From IMG/VR virus record IMGVR_UViG_3300031857_000002, positions 186,001 to 250,000 of that record: a DNA stretch of 64,000 bases; one strand, written 5' to 3'. Below the pieces are notes generated by a model. The model was not told the origin of the DNA, searched no databases, and saw nothing but the letters and a program-made list of their open reading frames with translations. The position numbers were made by a program, and so were the translations under genes. Of this stretch, positions 44,178 to 54,047 are shown in pieces. Every line of letters starts with the position of its first letter. The first letter of the stretch is position 1.

Positions 44178-46790
44178 TTAATTGAGAGCTAACCAGCTAG
44201 TACCTGTGCTAACATATACTCTGCTGTTGAATTGACTGAATACCAGTGCTCCTTGTATTGCTGACCCTGGAGTAGCTGGATTTGTTGGAATACCAGCCAC
44301 CACAGGAATACTCAATATGTTGACACCAGTAATGTTTGCCCCTGTGATATTACCCGTGACATTCAATGCACTAATCACGTTGCCACTTAAACTCAGCCCA
44401 ACAGCGTTAACGTTACCACTGGTGATATTACCTCCAGCACTAATCAAACCTGTGGTAGTAACATTGCCAGCTATGACATTGCCAACCGCTGTGATATTAC
44501 CTCCAGCAGTCACAGTCAGAGATGCATTGAGTGCAGATATAATGTTGCCTGTTAAACTCAATATTCCTGTGTTAACATTGCCTGCAACAACATTGCCTGT
44601 GGCACTCACAATGCCTGGGGTATTGATATTGCCACCAGTTACGTTGCTTGTGACGTTGAGCAAGGACAACACATTTCCGCTTAGACTCAATCCAGCAGTG
44701 TTAACGTTGCCACTTGTGACATTCCCTGTAACACTTACTGTAGTACCTGTGTGTGTTGTGGCATTGACATTGGCACCTCCTAAGATATTACCACCTGTAA
44801 TGTTGCCAGTAGCCGTGATCAATCCTGCAGTAATATAATTTGCACCTGTGATGTTGCCTGCGGCGCTGATGGTGCTTGGAGTAGTAATGCTTCCGCCAGC
44901 AATAGCACCAGTGACATTTAGGTTGCCTATCACATTACCAATCAAGCTCAAACTAGTGGTAATAATGTTGCCACCTGTGATGTTGCCCCCAGCTGACACT
45001 ATGCCGGTGGTCCGTATGTTGCCACCTGCTACATTGGCAGCTGACGTAATATTGCCTGTGGCACTGATGTTTACGTTTGCAGTGAGATATTCTGATTCAA
45101 TGTTGCCTAGAACAATGTTGCCTAGTAAGGTAGTAGTAACAACTTCACCTACAACACTTACTTGTGTAGCAGCCATTAGTTTTCCAACATTGGCAATATA
45201 CCCAATAAATGAAGATTTTTCAAAAGAGTCAAAATACCATAATTGCTCTCCACGGGATTTGCCGTCGTTGGTAGTGAGTGGAGTGTTGTTGGGGCCACGA
45301 CCAAGACCAATAATTGGATCTTCAACTTCTAGTGTGTCTACGTTGACATAACTCAAGTTGCCATTAACAGTTAAGTTACCGCCAATCACAGCATCGCCAG
45401 TTGCGTTGATTGACCCAATGCTGATGTTGCCACCAGCAATGTTGCCAGCCGCTGTGATGTTACCTGCTGATGATATTGCACCAGTAGAACTAATAATACC
45501 ACCAGTGATCAAGTTACCGCCTGTGATGTTGGCAGTTACTGAAACTGTGGTACCTGTATGTGTTGTGGCATTGACATTGGCACCGCCTAGTACATTACCC
45601 CCAGAAATATTACCAGTAACGTTGACATTACCAGCAGTGTTAACATTGCCACCAACAACGTTGCCTGTGGCGCTGACTAGTCCAGCCGTGTTAATGTTTC
45701 CGCCATCAACGTTGCCTGTAGCTGATACTGCGGTACCTTGCACCAGGGACAATGATATAACATTGCCGCCTGTGATGTTGCCACTAGCACTGACCACTGC
45801 TCCAGATATGGCGCTAACAACAGCAATATTGCCACCACCAATGTTGCCTGTTCCTACACTTAAACTAGCACCAGTAACTGCACCAGCAGCACTGATAGTA
45901 CCGCCTACATTGGCATAGCCCACTGTGATCAAGTTACCGCCAGTTACGTTACCCAGGGCACTGACAATGCCGCCTGTGGTCATGTTACTGGCTTCTACAT
46001 TGCCATTTCCTCCAGAAGCATTGGCCACCACAAGATAGTTTAGTGTGCCAACTGTGGTCAATGAACTGTTTAATACGGTGGCAGCAAGAGTAGCACCGGT
46101 CAATGCGTTAGCAGAAGTTGTTGCAGTTACTCCAGTTAGTGCGCTGCCGTTGCCATTGAAGAATAGTGCAGAGACGTTGCCTGATGATGTGATTGAGCCA
46201 AATGCACTAACGGCTCCAGCTGTGGTTAAATTACCACCAACTACGTTGCCTGTTGCAGTTACTAACCCAACTGTGCCTAGATTCTGTGCAGTAATATTAC
46301 CCGAAGCTGATAATATCCCTGGCGTAATTAAATTGCCGCCAGTGATGTTTCCTGACGCAGATAAGTTGGCCAACACACCAACTTTTGTTAAACTGCTCAA
46401 AGTCACATTGGCGCTGAGTGTATTTCCTATTAAGTCTGCGGCATTTGTAGTTCCTGGCACGTTGGTTAACAATGCACCATTTCCAATAAACAACCCGCCC
46501 GAAACAATATTACCCACAGCACTGATCACGTTGGCCACTGTGGTCCCTACTATTGTAACTCCTGTACCTGTTACAGTTACAACGTTGGCCACGTTAGCAC
46601 TGCTCATGCGGATCGGGCCACTAAGTGCAATTTGAATGTTGCTGGTGCCGTTAGCAATACCCGAAACCCCAGCTTGGTTTTCAAGTAATCCAAAATTGCT
46701 GTTGATAATTTGGAAAGCTGTTCGTAAGGGATCACCGGTGCCGTCGTTAGCAGTGTTTCCTACGTTGATTTGCTCAAGTGTAATTGCCAT
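44178..46790 (-). CDS. Tail fibre/spike with GN(I/V)TGGN beta-helix repeats
   Basis: N-terminal INVGNTANDGTGDPLRTAF (T4 gp9/gp10-like anchor); dozens of GNxxG repeats. Confidence 0.78.
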   Translation of the reverse strand: MAITLEQINVGNTANDGTGDPLRTAFQIINSNFGLLENQAGVSGIANGTSNIQIALSGPIRMSSANVANVVTVTGTGVTIVGTTVANVISAVGNIVSGGLFIGNGALLTNVPGTTNAADLIGNTLSANVTLSSLTKVGVLANLSASGNITGGNLITPGILSASGNITAQNLGTVGLVTATGNVVGGNLTTAGAVSAFGSITSSGNVSALFFNGNGSALTGVTATTSANALTGATLAATVLNSSLTTVGTLNYLVVANASGGNGNVEASNMTTGGIVSALGNVTGGNLITVGYANVGGTISAAGAVTGASLSVGTGNIGGGNIAVVSAISGAVVSASGNITGGNVISLSLVQGTAVSATGNVDGGNINTAGLVSATGNVVGGNVNTAGNVNVTGNISGGNVLGGANVNATTHTGTTVSVTANITGGNLITGGIISSTGAISSAGNITAAGNIAGGNISIGSINATGDAVIGGNLTVNGNLSYVNVDTLEVEDPIIGLGRGPNNTPLTTNDGKSRGEQLWYFDSFEKSSFIGYIANVGKLMAATQVSVVGEVVTTTLLGNIVLGNIESEYLTANVNISATGNITSAANVAGGNIRTTGIVSAGGNITGGNIITTSLSLIGNVIGNLNVTGAIAGGSITTPSTISAAGNITGANYITAGLITATGNITGGNILGGANVNATTHTGTTVSVTGNVTSGNVNTAGLSLSGNVLSLLNVTSNVTGGNINTPGIVSATGNVVAGNVNTGILSLTGNIISALNASLTVTAGGNITAVGNVIAGNVTTTGLISAGGNITSGNVNAVGLSLSGNVISALNVTGNITGANITGVNILSIPVVAGIPTNPATPGSAIQGALVFSQFNSRVYVSTGTSWLALN

Positions 46791-46808
46791 AATCTAATCC
46801 TGTTGGAG

Positions 46809-46859
46809 TATTTACCAAAAACTTTGTACCTGGCTACACAGTTTGGTTTGTGCTAAATA
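46809..46859. promoter_or_regulatory. Divergent TAAATA late-type promoters for two fibre genes
   Basis: TATTTA 46809-46814 (18 nt from the 46790 start, AGGA RBS) and TAAATA 46854-46859 (19 nt from the 46879 start, GGAG RBS). Confidence 0.6.
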
Positions 46860-46878
46860 TGAACAGTTGGAGTGATCA

Positions 46879-49557
46879 ATGTCATATATTATCAATAATA
46901 GTCGTGGAAACATCGTAGCAGTAATACCTGATGGTTCAGTAAACACCAGTACAAGTTTGACCCTGATTGGGCAAGGTGTAACCAATTACGGTACTGACCA
47001 AAATGAAAACTTGGTATATTTACTGGAAAACTTTGCTAGTCCTACTGCACCTAGCACACCTATTTTAGGGCAATTATGGTACAATTCTAGTTCAGATTCC
47101 CTGTACTCATATAGCAGTGCAAATGTCTGGGTGGTGTTGGCCAATGACACTTATGTGCAAGCTCAAAAGGTTAGTCCGGTATTTACTGGTATACCCACAG
47201 CACCCACAGCCACATCAGGCACAGCCAACACACAGATTGCTACCACAGCCTTTGTAACCAACAGCCCTGCGCTAAGTGGCGTGCCTACAGCACCCACAGC
47301 AGCCAATGGCACTAGCACCACGCAGATTGCTACCACTGCTTTTGTAAGAAATGCCACTCTTGGACTAGGCACAATGAGCCAACAAAATGCCAGTGCAGTC
47401 ACAATCACTGGTGGCACCATTACCGGGCTGAGTTCTGCACTACCTGTAGCAAGCGGAGGCACTGGAGGCAATACTGCTGCCACAGCAAGAACAAATCTTG
47501 GATTAGGCGACATTGCTACACAAAACGCCAATGCAGTAGCATTCACTAGCGGGACTATTAGTGGACTGACTTCATTGGCAGTTGCTAATACCACATCTGG
47601 GCCTGTGGTTAGTACCAGCGGGGTGTTGTCTGCTATAGCGGCGCTGCCAGTAAATCAAGGTGGAACTGGTGCAACCGATGCTGCCACAGCAAGAACTAAT
47701 CTAGGACTAGGGTCAGGTGCCACTGCTAATGTAGGTACTATTGCCACTCAAGACGCCAATGCAGTCACAATCACTGGTGGAACCATAACTGGACTCTCGT
47801 CAGCGTTGCCTGTAGCATCGGGCGGTACTGGGGGCAACACTGCCGCTACCGCAAGATCGGCACTGTCAGCAGCCGCTTCAGGCAACAACTCTGATATCAC
47901 ACAGATTTCAGGATTGACCACCGCACTGAGCCCAGTGTTTGGTGGCACAGGACAAACAACATTCACAGCAGGCGCAGTACTATTGGGTGCTGGCAATGGA
48001 CCGATTGCCACAGTAGCACCAGGCACATCAGGCAACATTCTTCGCAGTAATGGATCAGCTTGGGTAAGTGAAAACGTACCCGACGGCGGAGGCACAGTGA
48101 CCAGCGTGGCACTTGCAGGAGGTACAGGCATCAGTGTTAGTGGTAGTCCTATTCTAAGTTCAGGCACTATCACTGTGACCAACACAGGTATTACATCTAT
48201 TACAGGCCCCACAGATGGTCCACAAACTGGCGCTATTACATTTACCGGTTCAGGCGTGACCAAAAATGGAAACGTTTATACATTCAGTAGCATAGGTGCT
48301 ACTGGACCACAAGGGCCTGCCGGTCCTGCCGGTACTAACGGCACAAATGGTACCAATGGTACCAATGGTATCAACGGAGCAACAGGTCCTGCTGGCCCAC
48401 AAGGCCCACAAGGTATTCAAGGCACCCCCGGGGCTGGCGGCGATGTATATCTAGCTAACAATCAGGTGTTTACTGGTACTAATGGATTCAGTGCAACCGT
48501 TACGCTATCTAATGTTGTCCGAGTAAACAACGACAACACAGGTGGTGCTGCCAATTCAGGTTTTATAAATTTTGGCAACCCTGGAGGTTGGACCGTGGGC
48601 AAGAGCGTGTATTCAGGTGTTACTGCTTTGGCCTTGCGAGCAGGTACTTCGGGCGCATTATATATTTCTGGCACTCAAACAGATTTGATCACTAACCGAT
48701 TTATTTGTTCGGGATTAGGAGGATTCAGCTCGTCTACAGAATCTGCCTTGTACGGATCATGTTCTTCATTAGGTGCCGCTGGTGCCATTGGTTTATACAC
48801 TCTGGCCACGCCGGGACTGGGCATTGGTGTACGTGGCGAAGGAACTTCATCAGGGTTTGGAGGAGATCTATTACAAGCTGTCACTGCAAGAAGTTCAAGC
48901 ACAGCATTTGACTTTATTGAAGGTTGGGCAGCTGATGCGTCCGTTTGGAAAGTTACAGGACAAGGAAAATTTATTACTGCCTACTCTGGCGCTGACTATG
49001 CTGAATACTTTGAGAGCGCCACAGGTGTTGCGTTAGAAGTAGGTGCCACTGTGGTTTTAGATAACGGGCTAGTTCGTGTTGCTACTGATACTGATGCTGT
49101 AGGAGATATCATTGGTGTAGTTCGTCCCAAAGAAGAAGGCAGAACCACTGCCATGATTGGCAATGAATCTGAACTGCATTGGAATCAACGCTGGATCACT
49201 GATGACTTTGGTAGATTTATCAAAGATACACACGAAATCATTGAATGGCAAACAGTAGATGACACAGGGCAAACTAAGTATCACTCTTATGAAAGTCATG
49301 CTATACCTGCTGATATAGTGATACCCAATCATGCGGTACGTCAATCGCACGACACAGACGGTAATGCCTATCATCACTATCGTGAAAATCCTTCATACGA
49401 TGCTGATGCGACGTATGTACCACGCAGTCAGCGTGATGAGTGGGTGATTGTTGGTATGGTAGGACAGGTTCCTGTACTAAAGGGCCAACCTGTAAATCCT
49501 TCCTGGCGCAAGATGAAAGCGATCAGTTCCGCAGTTGAACTGTGGTTTATACGCTAA
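46879..49557 (+). CDS. Long tail fibre with collagen-like segment and C-terminal Peptidase_G2-like chaperone domain
   Basis: PTAPTA...TQIATTAFV repeats, [14 protein letters not shown] repeats, GxY collagen, ADYAEYFES and [12 protein letters not shown]. Confidence 0.8.
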   Translation: MSYIINNSRGNIVAVIPDGSVNTSTSLTLIGQGVTNYGTDQNENLVYLLENFASPTAPSTPILGQLWYNSSSDSLYSYSSANVWVVLANDTYVQAQKVSPVFTGIPTAPTATSGTANTQIATTAFVTNSPALSGVPTAPTAANGTSTTQIATTAFVRNATLGLGTMSQQNASAVTITGGTITGLSSALPVASGGTGGNTAATARTNLGLGDIATQNANAVAFTSGTISGLTSLAVANTTSGPVVSTSGVLSAIAALPVNQGGTGATDAATARTNLGLGSGATANVGTIATQDANAVTITGGTITGLSSALPVASGGTGGNTAATARSALSAAASGNNSDITQISGLTTALSPVFGGTGQTTFTAGAVLLGAGNGPIATVAPGTSGNILRSNGSAWVSENVPDGGGTVTSVALAGGTGISVSGSPILSSGTITVTNTGITSITGPTDGPQTGAITFTGSGVTKNGNVYTFSSIGATGPQGPAGPAGTNGTNGTNGTNGINGATGPAGPQGPQGIQGTPGAGGDVYLANNQVFTGTNGFSATVTLSNVVRVNNDNTGGAANSGFINFGNPGGWTVGKSVYSGVTALALRAGTSGALYISGTQTDLITNRFICSGLGGFSSSTESALYGSCSSLGAAGAIGLYTLATPGLGIGVRGEGTSSGFGGDLLQAVTARSSSTAFDFIEGWAADASVWKVTGQGKFITAYSGADYAEYFESATGVALEVGATVVLDNGLVRVATDTDAVGDIIGVVRPKEEGRTTAMIGNESELHWNQRWITDDFGRFIKDTHEIIEWQTVDDTGQTKYHSYESHAIPADIVIPNHAVRQSHDTDGNAYHHYRENPSYDADATYVPRSQRDEWVIVGMVGQVPVLKGQPVNPSWRKMKAISSAVELWFIR
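48295..48436 (+). repeat. Collagen-like Gly-X-Y and GTN tandem repeats
   Basis: [46 protein letters not shown]. Confidence 0.85.
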
Positions 49558-49867
49558 AACTTGAACCACATCCGCAAGTGGTTTGAGCTTGCGGATTATT
49601 GATTACAAAACTAGATCCCATATCTGAATCGTTATATTTGATCTCTGCGTTTTGTAAGTATTGCATGCTCATGGCATCCACTAACACTGTGACATCTTCA
49701 TAAACAAAATCAAAGTCGTCTTCGTTCTTTGTTTCTTCCAATGTAAATCCATATTGCATACCTGAGCAACCTCCACCTTGCACAAACACACGGAGTTTGG
49801 CATTGGGGTTGTTCTCTTCTGCTAAGATGTCTCTTAACTTGGTAACTGCGCTTGTGTCTAATTTCAT
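49547..49867 (-). CDS. erpA: A-type Fe-S cluster carrier (ErpA/IscA family)
   Basis: [17 protein letters not shown] and CGCGSSF. Confidence 0.9.
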   Translation of the reverse strand: MKLDTSAVTKLRDILAEENNPNAKLRVFVQGGGCSGMQYGFTLEETKNEDDFDFVYEDVTVLVDAMSMQYLQNAEIKYNDSDMGSSFVINNPQAQTTCGCGSSFSV

Positions 49868-50415
49868 TATAGTCTTTCGTTGCAAACGTCCCAGTCAATG
49901 ATCTTCCAGATATTGTCTAGGTAACGTTCTTTGTCTGCTTGGTAATCCAAGGCCCAGGCGTGTTCCCACCAGTCCACTAACACACAGATGTCTGTGCGAA
50001 CAGCATGGTTAGCAATGGTTTTAATGTCACCACCAGTGCTCAAATAAACCCAACCAGATCCTTGAATCTTCATTGCGGCTTGTTTGAATTCTTCTTTGAA
50101 ATCTTCCCAGGTTTCAAAGTGTTCTTCTATCAGCGCAAGTACTGCACCTCGGGGCCGGTTGGCGCCTTTGGGAGGCCTAAGCTGAGGGAAAAACTTGTTG
50201 TGTAAAAAACTGCCAGCACGATTAAAATCCGCATTGCCTTCTCCTGCATTGTAGCGTTTGGCATAGCCTTTGGCCAAATGCTCAAAATGATAGTCTATAG
50301 TTTCCTTGCTCATTATGGGTTCAAGGTCTTTGATACCATAAGGTAAAGGCGTGGTTTCCAGTTTTGCCGGACGGGTGCTTGCTTCTACAAGATTGATGTG
50401 GTCGCGTAGTTCCAT
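49867..50415 (-). CDS. sod: Fe/Mn superoxide dismutase with capsid-targeting-like N-terminal extension
   Basis: LPY...LEP.MS.ETIDYH, LHNKFF, GSGWVYL, DWWEHA (four metal ligands); starts [11 protein letters not shown]. Confidence 0.88.
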   Translation of the reverse strand: MELRDHINLVEASTRPAKLETTPLPYGIKDLEPIMSKETIDYHFEHLAKGYAKRYNAGEGNADFNRAGSFLHNKFFPQLRPPKGANRPRGAVLALIEEHFETWEDFKEEFKQAAMKIQGSGWVYLSTGGDIKTIANHAVRTDICVLVDWWEHAWALDYQADKERYLDNIWKIIDWDVCNERL

Positions 50416-50422
50416 GTTGTAT

Positions 50423-50641
50423 TTATTTGCGACGAGTGATACGTCCCTTGGAGAGATCGTAAGGACTAAACTCTAGTTCAACCCTGTCTCCTAGCAACAC
50501 CTTGATGTTGTTCTTGCGCATACGTCCAGATAAGTGTGCTACAACCAAGTTTGGTAAATTGTCTAATTTAATGCGGAACATGGCAGCGGGTAAAACTTCT
50601 TCTACTCGACCTTCCATGTTGATAATATCTTCTTTTGCCAT
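50423..50641 (-). CDS. infA: Translation initiation factor IF-1
   Basis: MAKED...[12 protein letters not shown]...[32 protein letters not shown]. Confidence 0.93.
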   Translation of the reverse strand: MAKEDIINMEGRVEEVLPAAMFRIKLDNLPNLVVAHLSGRMRKNNIKVLLGDRVELEFSPYDLSKGRITRRK

Positions 50642-50651
50642 AAGCAATTAC

Positions 50652-51113
50652 TTATTCGAACGTCAATTCCGCAGTGATCTTCTTTAATCGATCCATTCGG
50701 AAACTGCGCCAGGCTTGAGCTTCTAGATCAAACACCTTGATCACAGCAGGATCTGATTCCTTCCGGGGTTTTTTGGATTCGGTTACCAGCCCGTCCACAC
50801 GTCCCACAATGGAAGCACTGTATGACATAACCGCCATTGGGGGGTTTTCAGGAATCAAGTCCCAGTTTAAGGTACACTTCATGTCACGTTCGGTGCCGTC
50901 TGCTTTGGTAAAGCGTATGGTGATTTCTTGTTTGTTCAACAAGCTCTTGACCCAGTCACGCATGATGGTCTTGTTGACATCATCTGCTTCTTGGTACATT
51001 GTGCCTGGAGCTCCTTTGAGAAGTCGTACAACTTCTTGTTTTTCCCACATATCGGTACTCATAATTCCATCCATAATAATTTCTCTATTGGTTAACAAAC
51101 GTTTCTTAATCAC
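50652..51113 (-). CDS. WYL/SH3-like beta-barrel phage protein
   Basis: FTKADGTERDMKCTL...VFDLEAQAWRSFR; start position uncertain. Confidence 0.65.
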   Translation of the reverse strand: MIKKRLLTNREIIMDGIMSTDMWEKQEVVRLLKGAPGTMYQEADDVNKTIMRDWVKSLLNKQEITIRFTKADGTERDMKCTLNWDLIPENPPMAVMSYSASIVGRVDGLVTESKKPRKESDPAVIKVFDLEAQAWRSFRMDRLKKITAELTFE

Positions 51114-51388
51114 GGCCAGACTGACTTAAACACCAGCATGTCTTGCTCATCCCCAAAGCAAACTTTGTATTTTTTAGATTTGGTAAGTTTCTCATTGATC
51201 AGGGTTTGAGTATCTTCGTCATGTCCTCCCCAGATCATGGTCCAACGTCCTTCGCGATTGTTGAATGGTTCCCAGGGATGGCCAAACTGTTGTTCACACC
51301 ATTTGTGAACCTGCAGTCGTTTGGGCATGTCAATAAAGGTTTCATGCACCAGGCCATTAAATGATGCTGAATGAACAAGATGTTTCAT
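51110..51388 (-). CDS. Hypothetical protein
   Basis: 92-aa ORF with overlapping codons in operon. Confidence 0.55.
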   Translation of the reverse strand: MKHLVHSASFNGLVHETFIDMPKRLQVHKWCEQQFGHPWEPFNNREGRWTMIWGGHDEDTQTLINEKLTKSKKYKVCFGDEQDMLVFKSVWP

Positions 51389-51783
51389 TATCCTCTCCTC
51401 ATTGTGGCAATGTCATGTGCCTCTTCATCCGAGAACACAGGCACAGCGTTGGATTTATGCATGGTACCAATGCCCAAGATCTTGGTGCCTGTGTACCGCG
51501 GAATATCTTTTGTGCGTACGGCACCTGCGTGTCCTGTGTCGCGACTGGGGATGTGAGCAGTCTCGCGGCCCACAGGTGTGGTCAAGTTGTAGGTCAGCGG
51601 TTCGGCACTCATGGCCCGACGACGGCGACGTTCATCTTGTTCAATGCCTTGAGTTTTCAACAGCTCTTTCCAACTGGTGTCCAGATCGCGGGCACGTTGT
51701 GCTTCTGCGGCATTACGAAATTTGACCTTGCCACGCTTTTTGCCGTTGAGGCTCAAGCTAGGGTGATGTAGGTGCATGCTCAT
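51388..51783 (-). CDS. Hypothetical phage protein
   Basis: C-terminal GIGTMHKSNAVPVF; GGAG RBS. Confidence 0.65.
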   Translation of the reverse strand: MSMHLHHPSLSLNGKKRGKVKFRNAAEAQRARDLDTSWKELLKTQGIEQDERRRRRAMSAEPLTYNLTTPVGRETAHIPSRDTGHAGAVRTKDIPRYTGTKILGIGTMHKSNAVPVFSDEEAHDIATMRRG

Positions 51784-51807
51784 TCAGTATCTCCAAAGTA
51801 TGTGTGT

Positions 51808-51836
51808 ATTATAACATGCCCAAATTTATTTGTCAA
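51808..51836 (-). promoter_or_regulatory. Consensus sigma70 promoter
   Basis: TTGACA-N17-TATAAT. Confidence 0.8.
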
Positions 51837-51981
51837 CTACTGGCCGTTCTGGACGATTGATACAGTATTCACAAGTGGGATCATCACACTTGGATTCGGT
51901 CCACTCGTTGGTTGTTTGGTTGTAGTAGGCATCATGCTCTTCAGAGTACTTGAGGTCAACAGGGTCTTGATACGTAATCAT
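51826..51981 (-). CDS. Small Cys-containing hypothetical protein
   Basis: MITYQDP...CDDPTCEYC; ATGA overlap with upstream gene. Confidence 0.5.
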   Translation of the reverse strand: MITYQDPVDLKYSEEHDAYYNQTTNEWTESKCDDPTCEYCINRPERPVVDK

Positions 51982-52208
51982 TTTCGTAATAACTCCATGG
52001 TATATTCGGTGTCTCTCATGTAGGCCACAGGTTTTAGCCACCCTGCGGTGATCGCAGTGACCAAAATACTCTTGTATTCAGCAGGACAGTTGTTGCTAAT
52101 TTCAAATGCCGCACGTGACACCAGTTGAATGCCATCGGGAGAAAACGTGAAATCTGGATCTCCGGGACGCAGAGTTTTAACAGATCGACTTGTAGTAATC
52201 TTAAACAT
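51978..52208 (-). CDS. Small hypothetical protein
   Basis: MFKITTS start 6 nt after TATAAT. Confidence 0.55.
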   Translation of the reverse strand: MFKITTSRSVKTLRPGDPDFTFSPDGIQLVSRAAFEISNNCPAEYKSILVTAITAGWLKPVAYMRDTEYTMELLRK

Positions 52209-52214
52209 GCTAGT

Positions 52215-52243
52215 ATTATAGCATAACAAGATTTAGTGGTCAA
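52215..52243 (-). promoter_or_regulatory. sigma70 promoter
   Basis: TTGACC-N17-TATAAT. Confidence 0.75.
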
Positions 52244-52246
52244 CTG

Positions 52247-52543
52247 TTACTTGAACAAGATCAAGGCCATTAGCACAGCCTGCACAATAAAGCCCATGCC
52301 AATGGTCACAATGTTTAGGATGTCTTTGAGCACCACAGCACGGAAGAACATGAGCACCAGGCCTGCCCAGGCAAACAGCACAATGTCCAAATTTGGTGTG
52401 CGATCACTCAGTCCGGTCATCAAGGCCAGCAAGGTGGGAACAGTTGCGGCATGAATCACAATGGCTGCCAACCAACCCAGGGTTTCTGCAGAGATTTTGG
52501 TAAGGGTAGTTGAAAGAAAGTTGCGTACTGCTTCGATGTTCAT
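52247..52543 (-). CDS. Small 3-TM membrane protein
   Basis: Three hydrophobic segments; ATGA-coupled to the SleB gene. Confidence 0.6.
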   Translation of the reverse strand: MNIEAVRNFLSTTLTKISAETLGWLAAIVIHAATVPTLLALMTGLSDRTPNLDIVLFAWAGLVLMFFRAVVLKDILNIVTIGMGFIVQAVLMALILFK

Positions 52544-53118
52544 TTGCGTTCTCCGTAAAAAATGTGACGTCCAATTTTTTCAATTTTGGGATGATTCCAT
52601 CCTGGGTTTACATAGTCTGCATGATAGTAAAGTGCTTTCTGCAAACTGGGCAATCTAAAGCCTTCCAGCAGGACCTTCTTGGCCACTTCTTCTGATTCAC
52701 GCCACATGGGTTTGTGTACTGGTTTGACTTTGTGATTGTTTTCGCAGTACCATGAGAATTGGCATACTACTTTTTCGTAGAACACATTTTTCTGATGCAC
52801 CACACCGCAAACTGAATTGGCAAACTTGCCCGATTGCATGCGATTCATTGTGACCTGGGCCACTGCTACTTTGCCTTCAAACGGCTCACTTGCGGCTTCC
52901 CAGTAGATGTTGCGTGTTAGACATTCCAGCTGACGTGTTTGTTCTGCGGCAGTGACATATCCCTCAGGCATGCCCAAGCGAACATTGCGTAGACTATCAA
53001 GGCGAGCATCACAAACTGCTACCACTGCTATTGCCACTGCCACAAATCCCACAGTCTTGAGAACACGCGAGATCCAAGGTACGAAGTCAATATTTTTTAA
53101 AGTTAGGTTTGTTTCCAT
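52540..53118 (-). CDS. SleB-like cell wall hydrolase (Hydrolase_2)
   Basis: CLTRNIYWEA.SEP..GKVAVAQVTMNR, CQFSWYC, ALYYHADYV.P.W, IGRHIFY; N-terminal TM. Confidence 0.9.
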   Translation of the reverse strand: METNLTLKNIDFVPWISRVLKTVGFVAVAIAVVAVCDARLDSLRNVRLGMPEGYVTAAEQTRQLECLTRNIYWEAASEPFEGKVAVAQVTMNRMQSGKFANSVCGVVHQKNVFYEKVVCQFSWYCENNHKVKPVHKPMWRESEEVAKKVLLEGFRLPSLQKALYYHADYVNPGWNHPKIEKIGRHIFYGERK

Positions 53119-53213
53119 AGGCTTTTACTTACTCAGATGGGTTGATATTCCGGAAAGACCGGGCCAAAATGAAGCATTATTACCATTAAGTAGGTAGTTA
53201 TCCTACTCAATGT

Positions 53214-53242
53214 ATTATACAACAGATGCAGTTATTTGTCAA
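53214..53242 (-). promoter_or_regulatory. Consensus sigma70 promoter
   Basis: TTGACA-N17-TATAAT. Confidence 0.7.
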
Positions 53243-54047
53243 CTCTGCACACAGGAATTGGTTCCATTTTGTGCAAGTTACGGGTACGAATAGCACGATA
53301 AGTTTTGAGTTGTGCTCGTTCTTCTTTGCTCATTTGGATTGGCAATGTATTGTACACACACTCTCGATCCAGTCGATCATTGGTCATGGCACGTTCCAAA
53401 TCTGGATAGCTCATGCCCAGTTGATCTTCATCTGTGCGGTCATCTGTCCATAAGCCATCGGTTGGTGCAGCGTCAATGATCTCTTGCGGCAAGCCAAATT
53501 CTCTGCCCATATCCCAGACCTCGGTTTTCAAGCAGTCGCCAACGGGGCTGATGTCCACGCCACCATCCCCGTATTTGGTAAAGAAACCCACACCAAAGTC
53601 TTCTACCTTGTTTCCTGTACCTACCACAATACCACCATGACTTTGTGCAATTTGGTACAAGGTCATCATGCGTAAACGAGCACGTGAGTTGGCAAATGCC
53701 AGTTGCTCTTGGGCATCGGGTTCTTGCTCTGTGGAGCAGAATGGTCCAACTTTCTTTTCAAACGCTGTGAAAACTGGAGTCAAATCCATGCTCATATGGG
53801 TAACATTATCCTTATATCGTTCCAACAACCACCCTGCCTGCATACTACTGCGATTGTCCAGTTTTTTGTTCTGGCGGATTGGCATTTGAACCACAATGGT
53901 TTTCAGTCCAGTTTCGGCACACAAGGCACTCACAACCGAGCTGTCAATCCCGCCTGATATGCCCACCACAAGAGTTGAGATCTTGTGTTTGGTGGCATAT
54001 GATCGAATCCATTTGGTGATGTGTTTGATTCTTTGTTTAGATGTCAT
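53232..54047 (-). CDS. nadE: NH3-dependent NAD+ synthetase
   Basis: GISGGIDSSVV, NSRARLRM, GTGNKVE, GFFTKYGDGG, APTDGLW, TDEDQLGMSY; no glutaminase domain. Confidence 0.92.
   Translation of the reverse strand: MTSKQRIKHITKWIRSYATKHKISTLVVGISGGIDSSVVSALCAETGLKTIVVQMPIRQNKKLDNRSSMQAGWLLERYKDNVTHMSMDLTPVFTAFEKKVGPFCSTEQEPDAQEQLAFANSRARLRMMTLYQIAQSHGGIVVGTGNKVEDFGVGFFTKYGDGGVDISPVGDCLKTEVWDMGREFGLPQEIIDAAPTDGLWTDDRTDEDQLGMSYPDLERAMTNDRLDRECVYNTLPIQMSKEERAQLKTYRAIRTRNLHKMEPIPVCRVDK

Noticed and set aside
44317-48263. Long opposite-strand ORFs over the fibre genes (e.g. 44317-44838, 46045-46635, 47163-47594)
   Set aside because: These are antisense shadows of repetitive Gly/Asn/Thr codons, with no RBS or promoter and low-complexity translations.
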